Source: Octopus vulgaris | Lineage: Eukaryota | Length of the DNA: 64,000 nt | Assembly: GCA_951406725.2 (NCBI GenBank) | Contig: OX597815.1 | Coordinates: 62,682,001-62,746,000 of the forward strand | Direction: 5' to 3' | In this document: piece by piece, positions 13,960 to 27,392 of the stretch | How the letters are laid out: every line of letters starts with the position of its first letter | Position numbering within the stretch: the first letter of the stretch is position 1 | The notes under the pieces: model-generated | Told to the model about the DNA's origin: nothing | The model's database searches: none | What the model saw: only the letters and a program-made list of their open reading frames with translations | Made by a program: the position numbers and the translations under genes

Positions 13960-14020
<61 letters not shown>

Positions 14021-14025
<5 letters not shown>

Positions 14026-14536
14026 AAAAAATACAAACTGGGACAAGAACGCAAAACATTTAGAGGACGATACAAAAAACACGGACGGGATATTCGAAGC
14101 CTTCAATCTTCACTCAAGAACCGGATCATCCTCGCAATTTCGGTAGATTAATCTTGAGATTGCTCCGACCTGGCCAGCGCCAAAGGAAAATCTAAGCCAA
14201 GCGCATTAGATTCCTTGGAAGAAAGCCTCGAATGTATACAAAACAAGGACGGGAACGAATAAGAATACAAAACTACGTAAAAATAATAATGATAATAATA
14301 ATAACAAAAGCAGGACGTCACAGACAGGCGTCTTTTCGACAGAATGGGTGAACTTGAGCAGGCGCAATTAGAAAAATGCCTTGAGGCGAAGAGAGAAAAA
14401 AATGTGTCTAGCCTCGGCGGTTGCTGACCACGAAAAGGACAGACAGCAGTCCAAAGTTAGTCACGTGTGAGGAGAAGAGAGAAGAAAAGAGGGACAGAGG
14501 AAGAGAGAAAAAAGGGGAACAAGGAACAAAGGCGGA

Positions 14537-14586
<50 letters not shown>

Positions 14587-15075
14587 TCAAAGTGGAGTGC
14601 AAAGTGTGAAAGGCAGAGAAATGTAAGAGAGATGAGAGAGAGAGAGACAGTGTTATAGAGTCGTACCAAGTTTAAAGAAAAATGTACTTACATACAAGAC
14701 CAAAAAGGGTACGGGCACCGCTATATATATATGTATATGCAAAAAAATACAAACTGAGACAAGAACGCAAAACATTTAGAAGACGATACAAAAAACACGG
14801 ATGGGACATTCGAAGCCTTCAATCTTCAGTCAAGAACCGGATCATCCTCGCAATTTCGGCTGATTAATCTTGAGATTGCTCCGACCTGGCCAGCTCCAAA
14901 GGAAAATCTAAGCCAAGCGCATTAGATTCCTTGGAAGAAAGCCCCGAATGTATACAAAACAAGGACGGGAACGAATAAGAATACAAAAATACGTAAAAAT
15001 AATAATGATAACACGAATAAGAATACGAAAATACGTAAAAACAATAATGATAATAATAATAACAAAAACAGATAT
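14021..15075. repeat. Two direct copies of a ~300-bp unit (14021-14310, 14737-15075), each starting at a (TA)n tract
   Basis: High identity by eye (ATGCAAAAAAATACAAACTG...GAATAAGAATACAAAA); the first copy extends to ~14721 with an internal (AG)n. Confidence 0.85.
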
Positions 15076-15107
15076 GAGAATATATGTCTCTCTCTCTCTC
15101 TCTCTCT

Positions 15108-15173
<66 letters not shown>

Positions 15174-15180
15174 TCTCATA

Positions 15181-15323
15181 TACACGAGTAAGCACATACA
15201 TGCAAAATAAGGTGGAAAATATAGTACTCCAATACCGAAGGTAAAGTAATCTGCTTTTTTATTAAAGCTGCAAAACATCACAACTTTCGTCGGGCAGTTG
15301 TGATCAAGAGTGGAATCATATTC

Positions 15324-15325
<2 letters not shown>
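15181..15325 (-). mobile_element. Truncated relative of the 13216-13961 element end
   Basis: GAGTAAGCACATA...GGTGGAAAA...TACTC matches the reverse complement of 13915-13960; keeps only CCGACGAA of the HHR. Confidence 0.6.
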
Positions 15326-15362
<37 letters not shown>

Positions 15363-16088
15363 TGAATGTATGTATGTATGTATGTATGTATGTATGTATG
15401 TATGTATGTATGTATGTATGTATGTATGTATGTATGTATGTATGTATGTATGTATGTATGTGTATGTATGTGTGTATGCATATACACACATGCATAAATA
15501 TATACATACATGCATACACATACATATACATGTACGAAGAGAAAGTGAAAGAGTGAGTGATAGTGAGTGAGTGAGAGAGAGAGAATGAATGAATGAATGA
15601 AAAATATTTAATGCGAAAATATCCATATTTATCAGTTCATTTACACTATGTCTTAAACAATGTTGCGTTTAATAATCTCTGTATGGCATTGCCTTATTCT
15701 AACGTAGCTAGTAACTGAGTCTGAGATAGGGTTGATCTGCTAGAGATAATAAACTATTTGTTGAGGAATCAAGGTTTCCTAACTTTTGCAATTTTCGTGT
15801 GTTAATGGCTGACACATTCGTCTTCTCATAAAATGCATGTTTGTCGCACAATGTAAAACACACGACTTTCAGCCAGTCTGATGAAGTGCCACGCCAATGC
15901 AATCGGTCGTGAATATTGCCTGACTTTTCGCATGGAATCATTCACGTGAAATGGCGCTAAAAATGGAATGGTACCGAAAACAATGGAACTAATAATAATG
16001 TGCAACATTCATTCTTCGTCTTCTTGTATTGCATTCATACATACATGCATGCATACATACATACATACATACATACATACAGACAGAC

Positions 16089-16121
<33 letters not shown>

Positions 16122-16166
16122 GGCAGGCAGGCAGGCAGGCAGATAGAGATAGATAGATAGATAGAC

Positions 16167-16246
<80 letters not shown>

Positions 16247-16550
16247 GTGCATATCTAAAATTTAGTAATTAATTTATAATTGAGGTCACACGAGGTGCCA
16301 GCATAGATGTAAAAATCAGAGTCGAAAATTCCTCTAATAGACCACCATTTTAATGGAAATGCAACAGGCACAACAGTAATCAGGCAACAAGCAAATAAAT
16401 TAAATTACCATCTCGGCATAAAGCCACAGAATGGGGCGATAAATATACCTGGATCAACTGATTTCGAATTTCGAGAGATAACATCCCTTACTCTCAGCAG
16501 GCCTTACTATATACCTAGGGTTAGAAACTTTACTTGTTCTGTTGTGTTCC

Positions 16551-16838
16551 TTTATTCTTTTACTTGTTTCAGTCAACTGACTGTGGCCATGCTGGAGCCC
16601 CACCTTTTAGTCGAAGAAATCGACCCTTAGACTTTTTCTTTGTAATCCTGGTGCTTATTCCATCGGGAACATCTGTCGAACCGTTAAGTTACCGAGACGT
16701 AAACACACCAACATCGGTTGTCAAGCGATGATGGAGGGGTAGGATAAACAGCAATATACATACACACATAAATATACATATATATTTACATACATACATA
16801 CAAACATATATACATATACGTATATATATATGTGTATG

Positions 16839-16914
<76 letters not shown>

Positions 16915-17420
16915 GGGAAAATACCACCAGCGCGCGGTATTTTGAAAATTATAACATATTATGATGGGACACATGTTATCTTGTCTCTGAATTATAAGTT
17001 AGTTGTTGAGGCAAGTTACTAACGAGAATTCGCCTGGTGGATAATATTGTTTTTCTAAATTACCTATTAAAGGATGGCAAATAATATTATTTGCTAAAGA
17101 AATTCGAAACCATGCTATAAGAGTTAAATAACAAGGTAAAAGTTTTTATTTTTCATTTACTTCGAAATTTGCTATTAAATTGTGGTTTTGGCCGTGTTGG
17201 CTGCTGTTTCTAGTATGTAAAAATTACCTGTTAAAGGGTAATTTTCTATTTCAAAATATGTATATATATATATATCCATTTCTGTCTACCAAATCCACTC
17301 ACAAGGGTTTGGTCTACCCGAGGCTATAGTAGAAGACACTTGCCCAAGGTGCCACGCAGCGGAGCTAAGCCCGGAACTATGTGTTGGGAAGCAAGCTTCT
17401 TGCCACACAGCCGCGCCTAC
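16551..17420 (-). mobile_element. SINE family A copy split by (TA)n and a 340-bp insert (16915-17255)
   Basis: Tail 16551-16750 and head 17278-17420 match family A. Confidence 0.8.
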
Positions 17421-17455
17421 GATATATATATATATATATATATACAGCTTTACAT

Positions 17456-17456
<1 letters not shown>

Positions 17457-17508
<52 letters not shown>

Positions 17509-17509
17509 C

Positions 17510-17594
<85 letters not shown>
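17457..17594 (+). repeat. (GATA)n microsatellite
   Basis: Direct inspection; similar tracts at 5257-5333, 16140-16245, 18718-18805, 20627-20690, 48593-48780. Confidence 0.97.
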
Positions 17595-17595
<1 letters not shown>

Positions 17596-18715
17596 GATAG
17601 GGTAGGACAGCTAGTTAGATAGATAGATAATTAAATCCCTGTCAGTTGTCCTGAGTAACTGAAACTGTAGCAACACATGGTGATGACTAACTAAGCTGAA
17701 TGAAATCTGGTGTTATCGGGGGTGGGGTGTATACTAAGGTTTGGATGTGTAATATAATCGAACTGACGTGGGGAGGAGAAGCGTCTACAGAATCGATTTG
17801 AATCCGTTATTTGAACTAACGGCACACATGGCTAACCCACACTACAGTAACATACACTTTTACCTATATACCTTACACTGTAGCGACAACTACCACCACC
17901 ACCACCACCACCACCACCACCACAACCACCAGCACTAAGAATAACAACAATAGCAGCAACAACAACACGCGATGTCTCCCTTAAATCACATCCTACCATC
18001 ATAGAAAAGGACACATAGGATAATCTAAATCAGTGTTTCTGCGTATAGAGGAAGCAGGACAATCTTAGAGATAAATAGTGGGGGGGAAAAATCAATATTA
18101 CCCCCACTAACCCCTACATATATTACTCCACCATAGGAGAATTACCGTTAAATCAACACTAGAATTACCATTAGGGTGCCGCCAGCCATTCTTCCAACGC
18201 CACCATTACCATAACTAGCAGCAGCTAGACATGATTACTGTACAATCTCATCGTCATTAGAGCAGAATTATCATCGTCCTGTGTGAAGGATTAAAGTTGG
18301 ATTAACAATTCCTTGTCTGGTTAAACGTCGGCAAAGTTAACTGTAATTGTTCTTACTTTACACATACGTGATTAGATTCATACACGTGTACACACTCACA
18401 CAAACCTATAAATATATGTGTGTACATATTTATACAAAACATATGTGTACTTATGCGTTTGTATACACACGTACAATAAAGTTGCTGAACCTATATAGTT
18501 CAACTTTAGTTCATCTAACAGAAAGTGCACAACGACTCAACACGTAGTCGGTGCTATGCCTTATACTTTTGTGAATTAAATGAGGACATAAAAAGAATTT
18601 GGAATAACCACTGAAAATATTGTAGTAACTGTTGATGTCATAAGGTGTTGGTATATAATAGACTGTGAATAGACAAAGATATAAAGCGGTCATCTCATGT
18701 AATACTGACAAATAA

Positions 18716-18805
<90 letters not shown>

Positions 18806-18861
18806 CACTTCAATACACCACAATCATACAAAACCTCACTCTACTGTCAACAGACCCAAAA

Positions 18862-19386
18862 ATGAAAAGCATTATCAATACACACAAAATCCTCAAATGT
18901 AAAAGGCAACATAAATCTTTGAAAAAACTCTTGACAAATGCCAAACTTCACACACCACATTCACCCCCATCAGTTAAAAAAAGTGCACGCCCAAACTGTG
19001 GCACCTGCCCCTTCCTACTTGAAGGCTCTGAATTTATCTTCAAACAAGGAACTAAGTTTAAAATCAAGACCAACTTCTCCTGTTCCTCCGGGAACCTTAT
19101 CTACGTCCTCACATGCGCCGGTTGCCAACATAATTATGTTGGACAAACGAGCCTCCCTTTGCGTAAAAGAGTAGCGGTCCACAAAGAACAAATAAATCAC
19201 CGAGAATACCGTCAAATTCCACTAAGTAGCTACATAGACTCATGCGCTAAAGACAAAAATCCCAAATTTTACATATTCCCCTTCTACCAATGTAAAGACG
19301 GAATCACCACACAAGAAAGAATTAACAAGGAGAATAATTTTATTGAAAAATTCAAAACGCATCTTAATATGCAATCTCCACGTTAA
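18862..19386 (+). pseudogene. PLE C-terminal Cys linker + GIY-YIG endonuclease (RT domain missing)
   Basis: RPNCGTC...FSCSSGNLIYVLTCAGCQHNYVGQT...RKRVAVH...KENNFI...LN: LIY/YVG motif with conserved R, H, E and N. Confidence 0.9.
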
Positions 19387-19525
19387 TCATACTTCTTTTT
19401 TCTACCTCATTCTTCATGGATGGACTAATACAAATATATAAGGATAGCATGCAGTCATCACTTCAAGCTAAAACTTATATTCTTTATTTCTTCTTCTTCT
19501 TCTTCTTCTTCTTCTTCTTCTTCTT

Positions 19526-19621
<96 letters not shown>

Positions 19622-20141
19622 GACACAACAATCTGAAATGAAATTATAAATTGGTTTATGTAAATTTATATGATTAGAAAACAATATAAATAAAGTGTTA
19701 AAATCTGAATGTTAAGTTAGCAAACAATTATATAAAAAAAGATAATACAAATGAAGCTAAAATGATAATTTTATAATTTAAGGTTTATTAACATCCTATC
19801 TTACAAAAAATTCATAACCCCAATTGAAGAGCATAAAACCCACAGAGTTGTCTCCCCTTACTCACAGGAACTGGATAACTCCTACCCCATTTCCTGTTTT
19901 GACATTCATTTAACAAACATCCTAAATTAAACACCACATGGATTTAATCACATGGATCTCAATCCTCCAAGGTGATTTTTTCAAGAACTATCATTGTACT
20001 CGAGATACACAAAGACTTTACAATGTATCGGTGTACCTATTTTTTAATTTTTGTGTATGTTTATTATTTTTTTGCAAAAACAATGTAATTTTCTTTTTTC
20101 CCCCCTCCTCAATTATAAAAAAATTTCTTTTCACCTTACAT

Positions 20142-20179
20142 TTCTTGAAAAGTCGCATTACAACGAAAACCGGTTTGAA
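20142..20179 (+). ncRNA. Degenerate hammerhead motif in the PLE 3' region
   Basis: TTC-TTGAAAA-GTCG-CATTA-CAAC-GAAA-ACCGGT-TT-GAA; two core mismatches. Confidence 0.45.
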
Positions 20180-20351
20180 TTAATATATATATATATATTT
20201 TTTTAATTTTAAAAAATTTTCCATACACCCATTTTCATTAAAATTTACCTTCAATTTAGCATTCTGCCTTTTTATAATTTCTCCTTGCCTATCATTTTTC
20301 CACGTGCGGTCAACACAACCCCACTATTTATTGATTTATATATATATATAT

Positions 20352-20690
<339 letters not shown>

Positions 20691-21274
20691 GTATTCACAC
20701 ATGTATCGTCTATGTATACAAGCATGCGCATGCGAGCACACTCACACACATGAGTATAAATAAGTGTGTGTATATACATTCATCCATGCATATATGTGTG
20801 TATGTGTTTATGTATGTTTGATGATTGCAATAATATATATCTCTATTGCCAATACAAACACCAAAACCAATCCTTTCTTTGTAGTTTAACACTCTGACTA
20901 ACAATATTCTACCATAGCCTTCAATGGGCTAATGCCATATGTTTGAAATTTCAAAGACGGAAACTGTGTGGAAGCCTAGAAGAGGAACTATATTACTTTT
21001 GTTTGGCTGGCTAAATCTAATACAGTCTCGTAATCTTTAGGCGTTTTTTACGGAATGTTCCAACCCTCCGGTTCAAGTCTTTATTCTCAGAATAACCAAG
21101 ACCTCCCAGAAAGATCTAAAAACAAATAAGGGTCAAGAATGTTGCATCTCTACATTTTATAGCTCACTACCCCAGTGACTGACTTGTAAACTCTCCCTCC
21201 TCAATTTTTGCAAATATTAAAATTTCTGCTGATAATTTTAATAGCAAAGATGTTAATATTTTCTTAGTGGTTTA

Positions 21275-21369
21275 TTATCTCTTATCTTTTACTTGTTTCA
21301 ATCATTAGACTGCAGACATTCTGGGGTACCAACTCAAAGAATTTTAGTAAAACGAATCGACCTCAATAC

Positions 21370-21436
<67 letters not shown>

Positions 21437-21740
21437 TAGAACCCGGATTCTTATTCTATCTGTCACTGTTGTCGAACCGTTAAGTTACGGGAACGTAAAT
21501 ACACCGACACCACTTGTCAAGCAGTGTTTTGGCACAACACAGACACAAAGACACACGCACACATAGACAGGTACATATATGGCGTGCTGTTTTCAGTTTC
21601 CGTCTACTAAATCCACTCACAAGGCTTAGGTATGCCCGAGGATATAGTAGAAGAAACTTGCCCAAGGTGCCTCGCAGTCGGACTGAATCCAGAATCATGT
21701 GGCTCAGAAGCAAATTTCTTACCACAAAGTCACTGATGCC
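21275..21740 (-). mobile_element. SINE family A copy with an internal (TTA)n expansion
   Basis: Similarity to 863-1297. Confidence 0.8.
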
Positions 21741-21929
21741 TCCAAGTTAAATTTTTATGGAAACTACTGAAGAAAGGTAGGACTTACATAACGAAAATTA
21801 ACTGGACCATGTCACGCCATCGGTCATGTACTGCTCATTGATAATTTATCCTTCACTCTGACAAAATTTTTTTCGATTGAAATTGTGTTTAAAATATATA
21901 GTATTTAGTTGTGTATAAATTACAGCCCT

Positions 21930-22064
21930 AATTTTCAGTTCAAAACTGATGCAAATTCGTTTCACTTCATATTGAAACCTACCCCGTGTATAAGTCGCAC
22001 ACCAGGTTTTTGCAGTTGAAATCAATTCTGAAATAGTGCGACTTATACATGAATAAATATGGTA
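21930..22064. mobile_element. One end of a Tc2/pogo-like element
   Basis: Subterminal inverted pair TGTATAAGTCGCAC / GTGCGACTTATACA followed by AAATATGG-TA; the other end was not found. Confidence 0.5.
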
Positions 22065-22342
22065 ATTGGTTTAGATATTTCATTTCCAAGAACTTCCACC
22101 GCACCAACTTGTAAATACATAGCACCTCCCATAGTACCTGCTTGACATTTACCGCTTCCTTCTGATCTCCCGATGTCTCTCCCACTAAGGACGTTGTTGC
22201 TCAGGTTAAGGGACAATGCTCTAAGTTACTATAAAAAAGAAAGCATTTCGCTTGTAATTTTATAAAGATTTGGTCAATTATGGTATTGGAATTCACTAGT
22301 TCTTTTTAGTCTTTTTACAGCCACAAAAACATTTCATGGAAA

Positions 22343-22545
22343 AGGCGGAAGATTAGTAGAATCAGTCAGGAGCGTCGGACAAAGTACCTAGTAGTACTTT
22401 GCTCCATATCTTTAAGTCCTGAGTTCAAATCTCTCACAGAATGTGTTTGCCTTTTATACAACCAAGAATGACAATGTACCAATCATGTAATGGGATTTAT
22501 CCAATCAACTATGCCATTCTTCTAAATTAGGGATTTTCTGCCTGG
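22343..22545 (+). mobile_element. SINE family B, degenerate copy
   Basis: GGCGG...GAATC...CTGAGTTCAAAT...TTTGCCTTT pattern, as in 41236-41800. Confidence 0.55.
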
Positions 22546-22868
22546 TAGTATTTACTTCCTACCTTCATCTTTAGCTAATGTTGAACAACAGTTGCGGTAC
22601 ATTTAGATGTCTTTGCACCTTCTGAATACAAGTTTCTTAACGTAAGGAGAGGATTTTTGTCATGCTGACCGACATACGTTCAGATATTTATTTGCCTGGG
22701 GACAAAACACATGGAAATATTTGATGTATTATAATAATAGCTTGGAACTGACATAGACAAGATGGACGTACTGAGGGAAGAAAAAGAAAAAAAATGGATA
22801 CGAAATAAGGACACACCTGAATATATAAAGTAATGATGATGACAATGACAACACCAATAATAATAATA

Positions 22869-23000
<132 letters not shown>

Positions 23001-23386
23001 TTAATAGCACACTGAAATAAATAAATATATTTAAAAACAGAGAATGACTAAAAACATAAAGAAAATATCAATTATGTGTATGGGTGTGATTAGATGCCGA
23101 GGAATACATTTGGTCGCGTTTGCCGTAGGAATGCACCATTATACGTAAACTGAAAGTGTTGACGACGAAGAGGAGGAGAAGGAGGAGAAAGAAGAGGGAG
23201 GAGGAGGGAGAAGAAGAAGAAGGAGAAGAAGAAGAAGAAGAAGATGAAGAAGAAGAAGAAGAAGAAGAAGAAGAAGAAGAAGAAGAAGAAGAAGAAGAAG
23301 AAAAGGAGGAGGAGGAGGAGGAGGAAGCAGGAGACTACAATTTCCAAAATAAACAAAGAAATGACTATAAGAACATCCTGCAATGG

Positions 23387-23452
<66 letters not shown>

Positions 23453-24899
23453 GTGTGTGTATGTGTGTGTGATTTAATGTGTTAGAATGTGTTGGTTGTG
23501 TTAGTGTCGCTTTGGATGGATAAGGATATTTCCACCAGCCATGTTTACTAAGTTCTGATGTGTTTAAGTATATTAGAACGTGTTTAGAAATATTTGCCTG
23601 TTTTCGATGTATTTGCATGGATTAGCGGAACCCATCTACGTCTAAAGGAAATAATGAGTTATGTTTAGTTCTTCTTCAATATTTTTGAAGTTTCAAGAAT
23701 GTTTGAGAGGTCTTTAAGCGTACGTAAATATAATTCCTGTATTTTAAATATATCTTGACTTTTTTGTTGTATTTAGGTCTTCCACACTATATTTCAGGTA
23801 TTTCACACCTATTCCAGTATGGCTGATAGAGTTTAGAAGTACCTGGGTATGCTTAGATGCATTTGGGTAAGTTTAGATATATCTGGTTATATCTGTATAT
23901 TCCTGTGTATTTTTATGTTTCTGGGTTTGTTTCGAAAGCCCAGTGAACGAGTCTTCATTACCATCTATTTATCAGTACAATTTACGCATAAATGATGTAC
24001 TTAAATATGTCTGCTGAAGTTTAGTATATTTTTAGGCGAAACATAATCAGTATTCTTTCAGTCTAACTAGAGTCTGAAATAAGTCTCTCTTTATGCAGAA
24101 ATTATGCTCGCTAAATACTGGAATACTGCGCAAGTAGTTAAGCCTATATCTGCTTCACACTATAAAACAAATAAAGGACAAGCTCTGAGTTTAAGAACCA
24201 TCTACTTGTTTTCGTTTTAAGGATGAATCTTGCTCTGATGGAAGTAAATGCTCGGTTTTACTGAGACAAACCAATACGAAAGATAATATGCCATTAGTAA
24301 AAAGCGGAATTTTAAGACATGCAAGGATACCTTATATTAACCGATTTGCTAAACCTATTTAGAAGTCCTAAAGTTGAGTTTACCACGATTATATACAAGA
24401 CCATGAACATTGTCATCTCAAGAGAAGACATTTATAAACTACTATCAAGTAAGAAAGTTTGGTTCGAAGACGAAAGAAGCAGCGATTCTTTAATCAATCG
24501 AAGAAAAATAATGGTTCCATAAAGATGTGATAAGTCTGTAGAAGAAAGGCAGGGAGTCAGGGAAAGAGAAAATGCTATGATGCCAAATAAGAACTGACTG
24601 GCAAACAACAACATTAACAACAATATATGGGGATGGAACATTGAACATTTTCTTTCTTCTTTCTCTTTCTCTGGAAAAACTAAGCCACAAGCCTGGCTTA
24701 GAATATATTGCAAGTAGCACACACATATACACACAAAAACCCGCATACAATAACACTTACAAACACACACACACACACACACTCACTAAACAAAAGGGGA
24801 AATCCACATCTCTTACTTGACATCAGCAGAAAAGACCCGCAGACGAAATATAGATGACGAACACCAAAAACATCTCAGCACTACAAGCTACGATGTTTA

Positions 24900-24983
<84 letters not shown>

Positions 24984-25424
24984 TAAATCAACTTAAACCC
25001 GCCAAACCCACTGGTCATTGGCCAGCCAAACAGCTGTAACAGTCACATATGATACTGTAACAAGCCTTATGTGTCACCTATTTCCCTTGCTCTTTGTGTA
25101 TGGCTTACAAGCCCAAACCAACTGAACCTACACATACGTGGCATTCCAGAACCGATCCACCAAACTTTTAACAAGTAATCATTATCAAAATAAAGGTCTT
25201 AAAATTCCATAAATAATTGCTGGAAAGTTATCAGATGAAGAATCAAGTCATTTTGATTTCCAACTAAGCCACAGTATAACAAACCTTCTCGATAATCTTC
25301 CCTGCTAATGGAACCTTCCATCCTTAGAACATCCCACTGAAATTGTAGGATTTGGAGTAGGAAATTATCTAAAGCTAACTTTAAAGAGATCAAAAAAGAA
25401 TTTTTGAGGCCGACCTTCAGATAT

Positions 25425-25653
25425 ACTCTTTTACTCTTTTACTTGTTTCAGTCATGTGACTGAGGCCATGCTGGAGCACCGCCTTTTAATCGAGCAAATC
25501 GACCCCAGGACTTATTCTTTGTAAGCCTAGTACTTATTCTATCGGTCTCTTTCGCCGAACCGCTAATTTACGGGGGCGTAAACACACTAGCATCGGTTGT
25601 CAAGCGATGTTGGGGGACAAACACAGACACACAAACATATACATACACATACA

Positions 25654-25684
<31 letters not shown>

Positions 25685-25836
25685 GTATATATATATATAC
25701 GACGGGCTTCTTTCAGTTTCCGTCTATCTAATCCACTCACATGGCTTTGGTTTTTGCCCAAGGTGCCACGCAGTGGGACTGAACCTAGAACCATGTGGTT
25801 CGTAAGCAAGCTACTTACCACACAGTCACTCCTACG
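25425..25836 (-). mobile_element. SINE family A copy
   Basis: High similarity to 863-1297 with an internal deletion. Confidence 0.9.
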
Positions 25837-26979
25837 TTGATGATGAATGCACCAATCCCACAATACTCTATAATCTTCTTCTGTTCCTACCTTGAAAGAT
25901 GATCTGAGTGAACACAGGTAAAATCGAGCAACACGGTCTGTGCGAGACAGACTCGGTACCTTCTAGTTTCAACATATATACCTCATTAGAACGGAAGCGT
26001 GGTTGGATGCCTCGAAGGAGAGTCAATAAAATATAAAACAGTCATTTTATGATATCTATAAACCTTGAATTACATCAGAAGTCAGCGAAAATGTAAGCAG
26101 AAATTGTGTGGGGGCTGGCTAGCGTTGATAAAACATTTCCTCTCTGAAAAGAAGCGACCCATAGCCTGATAAAATCCCAAACAGATTTGAGACAGCAGGG
26201 AGAGCGACCATTTATAAAGCACATATCCGAATATTCATAAAGCTGGCTTGTTCTATCTCGGTAGTACACTTTATGTCTATTGAAATATATTCAGCAGAAA
26301 GCTCTTAGAACCATTGCCGTTGATAAAACTAAGGTTTCCAAGGAAAGGTTTACAACATATATTACGTATGACAGGGTATTGTCAACAGCAGTGCCATGCA
26401 AGATACACACGGGAACTTATCATACCCTCCAGATGCGCAAGAATCGCACTACGAAATAATCCTTTACACGGAAAGTAGAATGATACGTTTTTACAAACCT
26501 TTTCGACATCTGCTAGGCAAGAACTTATCAAGATGTGTAACGCATTTTTGAAAAATGCTGCCGCAGTGGACGAAGAGCAACTTTTACAACGCGCGTGTAC
26601 AAATCACTTCTGTCACATTCCCTCTGGAAAATGCAGTTATTTAACGACTAGTTTACTGGATTACATTTCAAAATTCGAATATAAAATGCGGCTAATGTTC
26701 AAGACTTGTGTAAGTGTTATAATGCGTCAGTGTTTGGTTATAATTAAGTGTCTTAACCAATATTTCGAAGTGCCTCCTATGGTTTGTTATCAATACAGTT
26801 TATCACAAGAAATGTTAATAAATTGTAAAAGTGCAGAATCGGCAGAAACCATAGAAATGTGGCATCGAAATTATAATTAAATTATTTTTTAAATAACTTT
26901 AATGAATTTATTAAAATATTAAATTAAAATAATATTTAAAAACAACACAATAATGTAATTAAGAAATTTTACCCAAAAT

Positions 26980-27392
26980 ATTTTCTTTTACTTGCTTCAG
27001 TCATTGGAGTGCGGTTATGTTGGGACACCACATCGAAGAATTTTGTCAAACAAATTGAATTCCGTATCTTTAAAATCTGATACGTGTTATAGCGGTCACT
27101 TTTGCAGAACCACTAAGTTATGAGGACAAAAACAAACCAACAACGGAACACAATGGAAAAGTGGTGGTGAGGGACGGGAACAAACACAAACACAAAGACA
27201 CACATATACGAGGGCTTCCACACAGTTTCCATCTACTGATTCACCAGTCATTGGTCACCTCGCGCTAAAGTCGAAGACGTTTGCCCAAGTATCTTCTGCT
27301 ATAATTCCCAAGATGACCACACGGTGGGATTTAACCCGACACCACGTGGTTGCAAAGTGAGTTTCTTAATCACACAACAATGCCATCGCCTT
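26980..27392 (-). mobile_element. SINE family A, diverged copy
   Basis: Recognisable tail and head segments. Confidence 0.7.

Larger units (their letters stand above)
13216..13961. mobile_element. Fold-back element (arms ~13216-13474 / 13625-13878, extension to 13961) in a (TA)n context; PLE pLTR-like
   Basis: ~255-bp inverted arms with scattered mismatches; HHR motif in each arm. Confidence 0.85.
18806..20340 (+). mobile_element. 5'-truncated Penelope-like retroelement (Neptune-like) next to (CTAT)n and (TA)n
   Basis: GIY-YIG coding region followed by a long 3' non-coding region with a degenerate HHR. Confidence 0.8.

Noticed and set aside
15878-15920. CTGATGA as an HHR core
   Set aside because: No properly placed GAAA, stem II or stem III
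17033-17120. CTGGTGG...hairpin...CGAAACCATGCTA in the SINE-internal insert
   Set aside because: Two core mismatches and no stem I; at best a decayed HHR
25020-25045. AAACAGCTGTA resembling an HHR 3' half
   Set aside because: GAAA is mutated and there is no upstream core
25880-26900. Possible decayed transposase or exon (GGYDKFPC-like peptide on the minus strand)
   Set aside because: Stops in all frames and no second motif
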